The position numbers and the translations under genes were made by a program. A stretch of DNA of 64,000 nt. Origin: Kiritimatiellia bacterium (lineage in GTDB: Bacteria; Verrucomicrobiota; Kiritimatiellia; RFP12; UBA1067). Every line of letters begins with the position of its first letter. The first letter of the stretch is position 1. The DNA is taken from positions 146 to 64,145 of the forward strand of contig JAWOEI010000079.1 of NCBI GenBank assembly GCA_046482825.1, given 5' to 3'. The notes under the pieces are model-generated. The model was not told the DNA's origin, did not search any database, and worked only from the letters and a program-made list of their open reading frames with translations. Below, in pieces: positions 56,534 to 64,000 of the stretch.

Positions 56534-57526
56534 ATGGCTAGAAACGTAACAATGTTTACAGGACAGTGGGCTGACCTCCCGTTTGCACAGGTCTGTGAGA
56601 TGATGAGCGAATTCGGTTATGACGGCCTGGAACTCTGTTGCTGGGGAGATCATATTGATCTTGATAAGGCATCCAGAAGCAAGAAATACTGTGAGGACAA
56701 GCAGGCTGTTCTTGAGGAAAACGGTCTGGGATGCTGGGCTATTTCAAACCATCTTTCCGGCCAGCTGGTGTGTGATCCTATTGACGAGCGTCATTACGCG
56801 TTTGCTCCGGCTGAGTGCAAGGGTGACCCCAAAAAAGCAAAGAAATGGGCAGTCAGCATGCAGAAGAAAGCAGCCAAGGCCGCTGTCAATATGGGTGTGA
56901 ATGTTGTTAACGGCTTCACCGGTTCCCCTGTCTGGCATCTTCTTTACTCTTTTCCTCCGTGTCTTCCGGGACAGATAGATGCAGGCTATAAGGAATTTGC
57001 CAAAACCTGGAAACCTATTCTCAACTACTATGCGGATCTGGGCGTGAAATTCGCTCTTGAAGTGCATCCCACTGAGATAGCTTTCGATATCGCATCGGCC
57101 GAACGTGCTCTCGATGCGCTGGACGGACATCCTGCATTCGGTTTTAATTACGACCCTTCGCATCTGGGATATCAGGGTGTTGACTATGTTAAATTTATCC
57201 GTAAATTTTCCGATCGTATTTTTCATGTTCACATGAAAGACGCCTGGTGGGGTCATGGTGACGGCAGTGCAGGTATTTTCGGAGGCCACACGGATTTCGG
57301 TGATCCCCGGCGTTACTGGGATTTTCGTTCTCTGGGGCATGGAGACATCAACTTTGAAGAGGTCATTGTGGCCCTGAATGACATAGGTTATGAAGGTCCG
57401 CTCTCGGTTGAATGGGAGGATTCCCGCATGGATCGCTGTCATGGCGCTCAGGAAGCATGCGACTTTGTACGCTGCGTGGATTTTCCGTCCAGCAATATAG
57501 CTTTTGATGGTCAGTTTGATCGTTAA
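56534..57526 (+). CDS. sugar phosphate isomerase/epimerase (xylose-isomerase-like TIM barrel)
   Basis: I prefer the ATG at 56534 (SD AAGGAG). Shows the [16 protein letters not shown] and HVHMKD metal-site-like pattern. Confidence 0.7.
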   Translation: MARNVTMFTGQWADLPFAQVCEMMSEFGYDGLELCCWGDHIDLDKASRSKKYCEDKQAVLEENGLGCWAISNHLSGQLVCDPIDERHYAFAPAECKGDPKKAKKWAVSMQKKAAKAAVNMGVNVVNGFTGSPVWHLLYSFPPCLPGQIDAGYKEFAKTWKPILNYYADLGVKFALEVHPTEIAFDIASAERALDALDGHPAFGFNYDPSHLGYQGVDYVKFIRKFSDRIFHVHMKDAWWGHGDGSAGIFGGHTDFGDPRRYWDFRSLGHGDINFEEVIVALNDIGYEGPLSVEWEDSRMDRCHGAQEACDFVRCVDFPSSNIAFDGQFDR

Positions 57527-57539
57527 CAGGAGATCAGAA

Positions 57540-58574
57540 ATGAAATGTACAGCCGGACGGATTCTGTTTGGATTGTCGTTGTTTGCCGTTCTGGCGGGTT
57601 GCGGAAAAAAGGCTGCTGAGGGGACTGCGGATAATCCGATTGAACTCTCCTACAGCATCTTTTTTCCTCCGACCCATGTGCAATGCATATTATCCTCCGC
57701 CTGGGCTTCTGAAATTCAGAAACGCACAGGCGGGAGGGTTAAGATCACTGTCTATCCCGGCGGCTCTCTGACCAAGGCGCCGCAATGTTATCAGGGAGTA
57801 GTTGATGGTGTCTCTGATATCGGTCAAAGTGCTTTTGCATATACCCGGGGGCGTTTCCCGCTGATTGAAGGCATCGATCTTCCGCTGGGGTATCCTGACG
57901 GTATGGCTGCAACACTTTCCGGCAATGCGGCGATTCAGAAATTCCGCCCTGAGGAGATTCAGGATACGGAAATTATGTACGTCCATGCTCATGGTCCGGG
58001 CATTATTGCGGGCAAAAAACCTGTCAGACGTTTGGCGGACATGAAAGGCCTGAACGTCAGAGCCACCGGTTTTTCGGCAAAGGTCGTCGAAAGTCTTGGC
58101 GGTTCTCCTGTGGGTATGCCGCAGGGGCAGGCCTATGAGGCGCTTCAGAAAGGCGTGGTTGACGCCACTGTCTGTCCGGTGGAAACCCTGAAAGGGTGGA
58201 ATCAGGCCGAAGTGGTTGAGTATGTGACCGATTCCCAGTGTATCGGATATACAACAGCGTTTTTTGTTGCAATGAACAAAAAAACATGGAACTCCCTTCC
58301 GGCAGACATAAGAAAAACAATTGAAGAAGTTAATGACGAATGGATTCCGAAACACGGACAGGCATGGCTGGACGCCGATGTCGAGGGACGCGCTTTTGCC
58401 GGGGAGAACAACTGCGAGTTCGTGCAGCTGTCCTCTGAGCAACAGGAGCTCTGGACAGAGTCCGTATCACCGCTGATTGCCGACTACATAAAACGCACGG
58501 AAGAAAAAGGTCTTGCGGGAGCTGAGTTTGTCAGTACTCTGCAGAAAAGCGTAACCGGAACATCACTACGGTAA
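57540..58574 (+). CDS. dctP: TRAP transporter substrate-binding lipoprotein (DctP family)
   Basis: I prefer the ATG at 57540 (SD AGGAG). Lipobox LFAVLAGCG. DctP-like [17 protein letters not shown] and VDGVSDIG. Confidence 0.78.
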   Translation: MKCTAGRILFGLSLFAVLAGCGKKAAEGTADNPIELSYSIFFPPTHVQCILSSAWASEIQKRTGGRVKITVYPGGSLTKAPQCYQGVVDGVSDIGQSAFAYTRGRFPLIEGIDLPLGYPDGMAATLSGNAAIQKFRPEEIQDTEIMYVHAHGPGIIAGKKPVRRLADMKGLNVRATGFSAKVVESLGGSPVGMPQGQAYEALQKGVVDATVCPVETLKGWNQAEVVEYVTDSQCIGYTTAFFVAMNKKTWNSLPADIRKTIEEVNDEWIPKHGQAWLDADVEGRAFAGENNCEFVQLSSEQQELWTESVSPLIADYIKRTEEKGLAGAEFVSTLQKSVTGTSLR

Positions 58575-58688
58575 ATCATCTTCCTTCCTGGAGGGGAGAT
58601 TCCTTTAAAATGAAACGGATATGCGGATACGTTGCGGTTCGGCAAAATATCAATTCGTCGGATTGTGTGTGAAAAACGCCTCACTGAT

Positions 58689-59210
58689 ATGCAAAAAAAA
58701 TCCAGTCAGACAAAAGGCTCTTCTTTAAACTGGTTCTGGAGCGGAGCCGTTATACTTGTCAGGGTAATGACATTCCTCTCATGCGCTGCACTGATAGTTA
58801 TGGCGTTGATTACCTGTGTTGACATTGTCCTTCGTATTATGCATGTGCCTGCCAAGGGAGCGTACGATCTGGTCCGACTCTGCGGAGCGGTCAGTGTTAC
58901 CTGTGCGCTGCCCCTGACCACAGCGATGAAGGGGCATGTGGCTATAGAATATTTCTTTCACAAGCTAAACAGATACGGCCGTATTATCGTGGACTCATTG
59001 ATGCGGGGAATTGTTTTTCTCGGATTATCCTTCGCATCGTGGGCTTCTTTTGGTTACGGAATGCGTTTTCTCAGCAATGGAGAAGTAACCAGTACAATAG
59101 AGGTTCCCGTTTTCTGGGTGCCCTGGCTGATGTCCGTGTCCTTTGCGCTTACAGCTCTCGTTGTTCTTTTCCATCTCATTTACCCCGGCAGGGAACTGGT
59201 GCGCTTATGA
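58689..59210 (+). CDS. dctQ: TRAP transporter small permease (DctQ family)
   Basis: I prefer the ATG at 58689. About 173 aa with 4 TM helices. Its stop overlaps the dctM start (ATGA at 59207-59210). Confidence 0.75.
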   Translation: MQKKSSQTKGSSLNWFWSGAVILVRVMTFLSCAALIVMALITCVDIVLRIMHVPAKGAYDLVRLCGAVSVTCALPLTTAMKGHVAIEYFFHKLNRYGRIIVDSLMRGIVFLGLSFASWASFGYGMRFLSNGEVTSTIEVPVFWVPWLMSVSFALTALVVLFHLIYPGRELVRL

Positions 59211-60511
59211 CTCTTGTCCAGATAGGTGCTCTTGGCTGTATTTTAATGCTCCTGCTGCTTTTCGGCAGCATGCCGGTGGCTTTTGCCATGGGAGTAACAG
59301 GCATCTGCGGTTATGCGGTAGCTGTTTCAGGCAGAGCGGCTATGTCGGTTCTTACCGCGGATGTTTTTGAAATTTTTTCCAGCTACAGTCTCACAGTGAT
59401 TCCTCTTTTTGTATTTATGGGACAGGTATCGTTTCATGCGGGAATCAGCGGCAGGCTGTTTGCGGCGGCAAACAGCTGGTTGGCAGGATTACGCGGAGGT
59501 CTTGCAATGGCTACAGTCGGAGCTTGTGCAGCTTTCGGTGCTATCTGCGGTTCGGGGCCCGCCACTGCTGCGACAATGTCCGCCGTGGCTCTTCCGGAAA
59601 TGAAGAAGTATAATTATGATCTTTCTCTTGCCAGCGGTACAGTTGCGGCAGGGGGGGGGCTCGGCATGCTTATACCGCCAAGTGTGGTTTTTATTGTTTA
59701 CGGGGTGTTGACTGAACAGTCTATAGGAAAACTTTTTATAGCAGGTATTCTACCGGGATTATTAACCGCAGTGACATTCTGTCTGGTGATTGCCGGACAG
59801 TGCGCACTGAAACCGGCTTTGGCCCCTAGGACAAGAAAAGTGACCTGGTCTGTTAAATTCAGAGCTCTGGCCGGTGTTCTGGAAACATTGCTGCTTTTCA
59901 TGTTTGTAATGGGTGGCATTTTTGCCGGCTGGTTTACACCGACAGAGGGTGCCGCAGTGGGGGCTGCTGGATCGGTTGCAATTGCAGCGGCCGGTGGCAA
60001 TTGCTCTTTAAAAATGCTCATGAAAGCCGCCCGGGAAACAGTTCGGACATCTTGTATGGTTATGGTTATAGTGGCCGGTGCCACCATCTTCGGTCATTTT
60101 CTCGCCATCACCAATATCCCAACCGCTTTCGCCGCATGGCTGGCGGGTCTGCCCGTAGCTCCGTGGGTTATTGTAATAATGACACTGCTGTTTTATCTTC
60201 TGGCCGGTTGTTTTGTGGATGCTCTTGCCCTGATCCTCCTGACTATCCCTATTTTTTATCCGGTTATTATACAGCAGCTCGGATATGATCCTGTATGGTT
60301 TGGTGTGATGATAGTCATGGTGACTCAGATGGGCGTGATCACACCTCCGGTAGGTGTTAATGCGTATGTGGTCAGCGGAATCGACAGAAGTGTTTCCCTG
60401 CAGATGGTTTTCAGGGGGGCTATGCCTTTTCTTTTTGCATTGGTCGGTATAACGGCTTTACTGATGTTTTTCCCGGAAATTGCCACCTGGCTTCCTCAGA
60501 TGGTCAAATAG
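59207..60511 (+). CDS. dctM: TRAP transporter large permease (DctM family)
   Basis: I prefer the ATG at 59207 (MTLVQIGALG). About 434 aa, 12 or more TM helices. The listed ORF start at 59039 lies inside dctQ. Confidence 0.85.
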   Translation: MTLVQIGALGCILMLLLLFGSMPVAFAMGVTGICGYAVAVSGRAAMSVLTADVFEIFSSYSLTVIPLFVFMGQVSFHAGISGRLFAAANSWLAGLRGGLAMATVGACAAFGAICGSGPATAATMSAVALPEMKKYNYDLSLASGTVAAGGGLGMLIPPSVVFIVYGVLTEQSIGKLFIAGILPGLLTAVTFCLVIAGQCALKPALAPRTRKVTWSVKFRALAGVLETLLLFMFVMGGIFAGWFTPTEGAAVGAAGSVAIAAAGGNCSLKMLMKAARETVRTSCMVMVIVAGATIFGHFLAITNIPTAFAAWLAGLPVAPWVIVIMTLLFYLLAGCFVDALALILLTIPIFYPVIIQQLGYDPVWFGVMIVMVTQMGVITPPVGVNAYVVSGIDRSVSLQMVFRGAMPFLFALVGITALLMFFPEIATWLPQMVK

Positions 60512-60719
60512 AGACTTGTGTTTTTCGCTGTTCCACCCTGACTTTATCCTTTCCTTATCTTATATAGATAAAATAATATCTCAGTTATATCTAGTAGATA
60601 GTTATACGGATTTTATTATGTGTAAATTAACGATATATCTTTTATTTGATAAAAAAAAATTGTAACATAACAGTATTGAGTGTAAAATTTTTTTTCTGAA
60701 GAGGTATGAAGAGGTATAT

Positions 60720-61385
60720 ATGAATATCAATCCGTGGAATAAGGCTGTAGTATATGTTGTTGACGATGATGAACAGGTCAGAAAATCTATCGTTCGACTA
60801 CTCAAAGCGGCCGGATATCAATATGAAAGCTTCGCGAGCGCTCAGGAATTTCTCGATGCAGCTTTGAAACAGGCTGAGGCTTGCTGTGCTCTGCTTGATA
60901 TCCGTATGCCCGGAATGAGCGGTATGGAACTTCAGAAACGCATGCGTGAGCAATATTCTGACATCCCGGTTATTTTTATAACCGGACACGGCGATCTGGA
61001 AAAGAGTATCGACGCATTTCGAAATGGAGCGGTTCATTTTCTTACAAAACCGTTTAACAACGATCAGCTTCTGTCCGCAGTTCGTGAAGCCTTGATTAAA
61101 AGTTTTGAAGACCACTCCAGACGTCAGCTGCTTATAACCGCCCGGAAAGGATATGAGCGGCTTACATCACGGGAACGTGAGGTATTCTTCGGTGTTGTCC
61201 GCGGATTGCTCAATAAGACCATTGCCAACCGGATAGGTATTACCGAGACGACAGTCAAGGTGCATCGTGCTCGTGTGATGGATAAAATGCAGGCACTTTC
61301 GGTTGCCCAGCTGGTGAGGATGTCTGTTCTGTTGGCAAATGCCGGAATTATAAACAGAAATCAAATCGAACTGCCTGAGGGGTAG
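60720..61385 (+). CDS. response regulator, REC plus LuxR/FixJ-type HTH
   Basis: 221 aa. VVDDDEQV, phospho-acceptor Asp in LLDIRMPGMSG, TKP. C-terminal LTSREREVF...IGITETTVKVHR. Confidence 0.88.
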   Translation: MNINPWNKAVVYVVDDDEQVRKSIVRLLKAAGYQYESFASAQEFLDAALKQAEACCALLDIRMPGMSGMELQKRMREQYSDIPVIFITGHGDLEKSIDAFRNGAVHFLTKPFNNDQLLSAVREALIKSFEDHSRRQLLITARKGYERLTSREREVFFGVVRGLLNKTIANRIGITETTVKVHRARVMDKMQALSVAQLVRMSVLLANAGIINRNQIELPEG

Positions 61386-61386
61386 T

Positions 61387-62895
61387 GTGAATAAAGAAAC
61401 CATTTTGCTGATTGATGACAATGCGGTTAACAACCAGCTTGTCGCCACATATCTTCTTCCCTGCGGCTACACAATACGTATTGCGGAGAACGGCAGGGAT
61501 GGGTTGCGCATGGCGGTTGAAAATCCTCCTGACATAGTGCTTCTGGACGTGATGATGCCGGAAATGGATGGATATGATGTCTGCCGGCAGTTACGTAAAA
61601 TGCCTGAGACTGCGGATATACCTGTTCTGTTTATCACTGCGGATGCATCTCCTGAAAATCATAAGCGCGCTTTCAATGTAGGGGGCAATGATTTTATTAC
61701 AAAGCCCATATATGAAAGTGTACTGAAGACAAGAGTTTCAAATCTTATCAATCTTTTCAATTCACGAAAAGAGCTTGTCGAACTCAACCGTCATTACGAT
61801 CTCGCTCAGAAAATTTCTCTGACCGGTCACTGGATGTGCTACCAGCATTTCCGCCGCAAACCTGTATGTCACAGCTCCGCTCAGCTTATTGATATTCTTG
61901 CAATACCACCTGATATGGCCGAGACCTTTGCTATGGGGGAATTCCTTTCCGCTTTGACATCTAATGCGGTGGAACGTGAACGTATAGTCAGGAAATGGAT
62001 AACCGCCCGTAACAACTGTGAAGATTTCCGGGAGTTGATTATCTGTAAAATAAAAGGCAAAAAAAAGAACCTGCGCGTATGGGTACAGTTTGAGAGCGGC
62101 AACGGATATCTGCAGGCATTCGGTTCCGTACAGGATGTTACCGGCCTTATGGAAATGCTGTATGAAGCGGCAAAACTGCAGAATGAAGTTGCGGATAATG
62201 ACAGGTATAATTCCATGGTTGAATCCGGCACGCAGCTGGCTCACGAATTAAACCAGCCCCTTGCTTCCATAACCATGAATGTCAATGCTACAAGGATGTT
62301 CCTGGAAAACGGAGATTTTGACAGAGACGAGCTGTGTGAGATCATACGTGATGTTGAAACTGAAGTTATGCGGGCAAAAAAAGTGGTTGAACGTATGCGC
62401 AATGTTGCCATGCATAAACCGCTGCAGCTGGAGGAATTTGATCTTCATAAACTGATATACGATACAATGCGGCTTTATCAGAGCGATTTTGCACTTTCAA
62501 ATTTCACGTTCTCTCTGAAAGATATGGATGCCCCTCTGCATATTGTTGCTGACAGGGGGGGGGTTCAGCAGATACTGGTCAACCTTATAAAAAATGCTTA
62601 CGAATCTCTGCAGGATTCCGAATCTGAAAATCCGCAGGTGGAATTGAGAACGCTCAAAAAGGATGAAGCAGTCTGTATATATGTTTCTGACAACGGAGCC
62701 GGGGTAAGCTCTGCTATTAGTTCAAGCCTCTTCACTCCTTTTGTTACAACCAAACAGGATAATTTAGGCCTTGGACTTCCGGTCAGCAGAAGTATTGCAA
62801 CCCGTCTTGGAGGTTCGATAGAATATCTTCGGGAATGCGACAGAAAAGGGGCTGTTTTCTGTGTGGTGCTTCCTGAAAAATTCAAAGCGGTGTAA
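61387..62895 (+). CDS. hybrid sensor: N-terminal REC domain, PAS-like middle and histidine kinase core
   Basis: 502 aa. GTG start 1 nt after the upstream stop. REC (LLIDDN, LLDVMMPEMDG, TKP). H-box AHELNQPLASI. ATPase NLIKNAYES, DNGAGV and GLGLPVSRSIA. Confidence 0.82.
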   Translation: MNKETILLIDDNAVNNQLVATYLLPCGYTIRIAENGRDGLRMAVENPPDIVLLDVMMPEMDGYDVCRQLRKMPETADIPVLFITADASPENHKRAFNVGGNDFITKPIYESVLKTRVSNLINLFNSRKELVELNRHYDLAQKISLTGHWMCYQHFRRKPVCHSSAQLIDILAIPPDMAETFAMGEFLSALTSNAVERERIVRKWITARNNCEDFRELIICKIKGKKKNLRVWVQFESGNGYLQAFGSVQDVTGLMEMLYEAAKLQNEVADNDRYNSMVESGTQLAHELNQPLASITMNVNATRMFLENGDFDRDELCEIIRDVETEVMRAKKVVERMRNVAMHKPLQLEEFDLHKLIYDTMRLYQSDFALSNFTFSLKDMDAPLHIVADRGGVQQILVNLIKNAYESLQDSESENPQVELRTLKKDEAVCIYVSDNGAGVSSAISSSLFTPFVTTKQDNLGLGLPVSRSIATRLGGSIEYLRECDRKGAVFCVVLPEKFKAV

Positions 62896-62907
62896 TACAG
62901 GAACAAT

Positions 62908-64000
62908 ATGATGGGAGATTCCTTACTGCAGCTATATTTCGAAACGGATTCGTGGTTGTGCCTTGCTTTTGCGATTGCATGCCTGGGAGCATTATGGATA
63001 TATCAGAGACGTATTCTGGCAAAAGTCAAATTGCAGCATCAGGAGCTGACAGAAAATGAGCATTGGCTTAATGAAGCGCAGCAGATAGGAAATATCGGAA
63101 GCTGGTACTGTAATGTTTCTAATGGTATTGTCCGGTGGTCTCCTCAGTTTTACCGGATGCTGAAAGTGCCGGAAAACACAGAAGCCAGTTTTGAAAAGTT
63201 ATACGATGCTATTCACCCTGACGACAGAACGCAGGTGCAGAGAAGTATCAGGAGAATTGAAAAAACCGGTGAATCTGAAGTTATCAAATTTAGGATTCTG
63301 TACGGCGACGGGGCAGTTTCGTATATGGAAAACCGCATTAACTGTACATTTGGCCATAATAACAGAGTTAACGCTATTTATGGTTCGGTGCTGGATGTCA
63401 CTGAACGAATGGCTTATGAAGACAGTCTTAAACGCATAGTCGAGGAAGCGGAATCCGCCAATAAGGCGAAAGGCGCTTTTCTTTCCACAGTAAGCCATGA
63501 AATCCGTACGCCGCTGAATGCTATCATAGGCTTCAGCACACTTATGGCGGAGCAGGATCTAAGCAAAGAACAGTATAAAAGTTACAGTGAGTCAATCAAT
63601 GCGGCAGGAAAATCGCTTGGTGCGCTTATTAATGATGTCCTTGATCTTTCCGCTCTTGAGTCTTTGAGTTTTACGCTTGTCCCCATGGATGTGGATATTC
63701 ACCGTGTACTTGATGATGTGAAATCAGTTTTCAAGTTGACAACAGCTGAAAAAGGGATCACTCTTAATGTTGAAATTGATGATAATATTTCCCGAGTGCT
63801 GATTGATGGCAAGCGGTTGCGCCAGATTCTGATCAACATTGTCGGTAATGCTGTCAAATTCACCTCCAAAGGCGGGGTGTATGTTCGGGCAGAAGTAGAA
63901 CAGCAAGAGGATCGGAGAGATAATTGCGATCTTGTTTTCACAATATCCGATTCAGGAATAGGCATTAACGAAACTGATCGCTCCCGTATTTTCAATGAAT
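62908..64000 (+). CDS. membrane PAS-domain sensor histidine kinase; 3' end cut by window edge (absent from supplied ORF track)
   Basis: I translated frame 1 from ATG 62908 (SD AGGAA) and it stays open to nt 64000. One TM helix (WLCLAFAIACLGALWIY). PAS (GNIGSWYCN...RILYGDGAVSYMENR). H-box VSHEIRTPLNAI. N-box NIVGNAVKFT. DSGIGI. Confidence 0.85.
   Translation, partial: MMGDSLLQLYFETDSWLCLAFAIACLGALWIYQRRILAKVKLQHQELTENEHWLNEAQQIGNIGSWYCNVSNGIVRWSPQFYRMLKVPENTEASFEKLYDAIHPDDRTQVQRSIRRIEKTGESEVIKFRILYGDGAVSYMENRINCTFGHNNRVNAIYGSVLDVTERMAYEDSLKRIVEEAESANKAKGAFLSTVSHEIRTPLNAIIGFSTLMAEQDLSKEQYKSYSESINAAGKSLGALINDVLDLSALESLSFTLVPMDVDIHRVLDDVKSVFKLTTAEKGITLNVEIDDNISRVLIDGKRLRQILINIVGNAVKFTSKGGVYVRAEVEQQEDRRDNCDLVFTISDSGIGINETDRSRIFNE

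Noticed and set aside
56744-58442. Two long minus-strand ORFs (232 aa at 56744..57442 and 250 aa at 57690..58442)
   Set aside because: They are antisense to the sugar isomerase and DctP genes, which have SDs, a lipobox and family motifs. The antisense products are Arg/Cys-rich with no motifs.
59039-59206. A 56-codon N-terminal extension of the dctM ORF in the track
   Set aside because: It lies inside dctQ in another frame. The ATGA overlap at 59207-59210 and the hydrophobic MTLVQIGALG start fit the standard dctQ-dctM coupling.

Overview
This 64-kb window looks like ordinary, mostly housekeeping chromosome from a moderate-GC Gram-negative bacterium. I call about 52 CDS and one tRNA. I found no rRNA, CRISPR array, transposase, integrase or phage genes. 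Three gene types hint at the PVC group (Lentisphaerota/Kiritimatiellota/Verrucomicrobiota): twin-arginine-signal Gfo/Idh/MocA oxidoreductases, a secreted FAD oxidoreductase and a prenyltransferase-like repeat protein. That placement is inference only and I cannot verify it here. Recognisable content, left to right: rsmA (5'-cut), argH, an exbB-exbD-TPR-VWA module, rluD, FHA-era-pfk, tRNA-Lys(UUU), aroC and an aroK-aroB fusion. Next comes an 11-kb Pho cluster (OprO/P-like porin, pstSCAB, phoU, phoBR, convergent Na/Pi cotransporter) flanked by two paralogous TAT-exported oxidoreductases. After that: two cytoplasmic Gfo/Idh/MocA genes, trkAH, an ABC-F ATPase, polA, tsaE, an Lrp-aminotransferase pair, purL, a sugar-isomerase plus TRAP transporter operon, and a three-gene two-component cluster that runs off the right edge. 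The last ORF of that cluster is missing from the supplied ORF track. Two candidates stand out as new biology. (1) At 3555-9171, a Ton/Tol-type ExbB-ExbD motor is coupled to a large TPR protein and to a single-pass protein. That protein has a TonB/TolA-like S-x3-H-x10-S anchor helix and a Pro/Glu/Lys-rich spacer, but ends in a complete MIDAS VWA domain instead of a TonB or TolA C-terminal domain. (2) At 16704-16744, a perfect telomere-like (TTAGGGG)5-G10 array with G-quadruplex potential ends 2 nt from the aroK-aroB start codon. Everything else is lower-interest regulatory or architectural detail. All family calls come from motifs read by eye in the translations. No database search was run.
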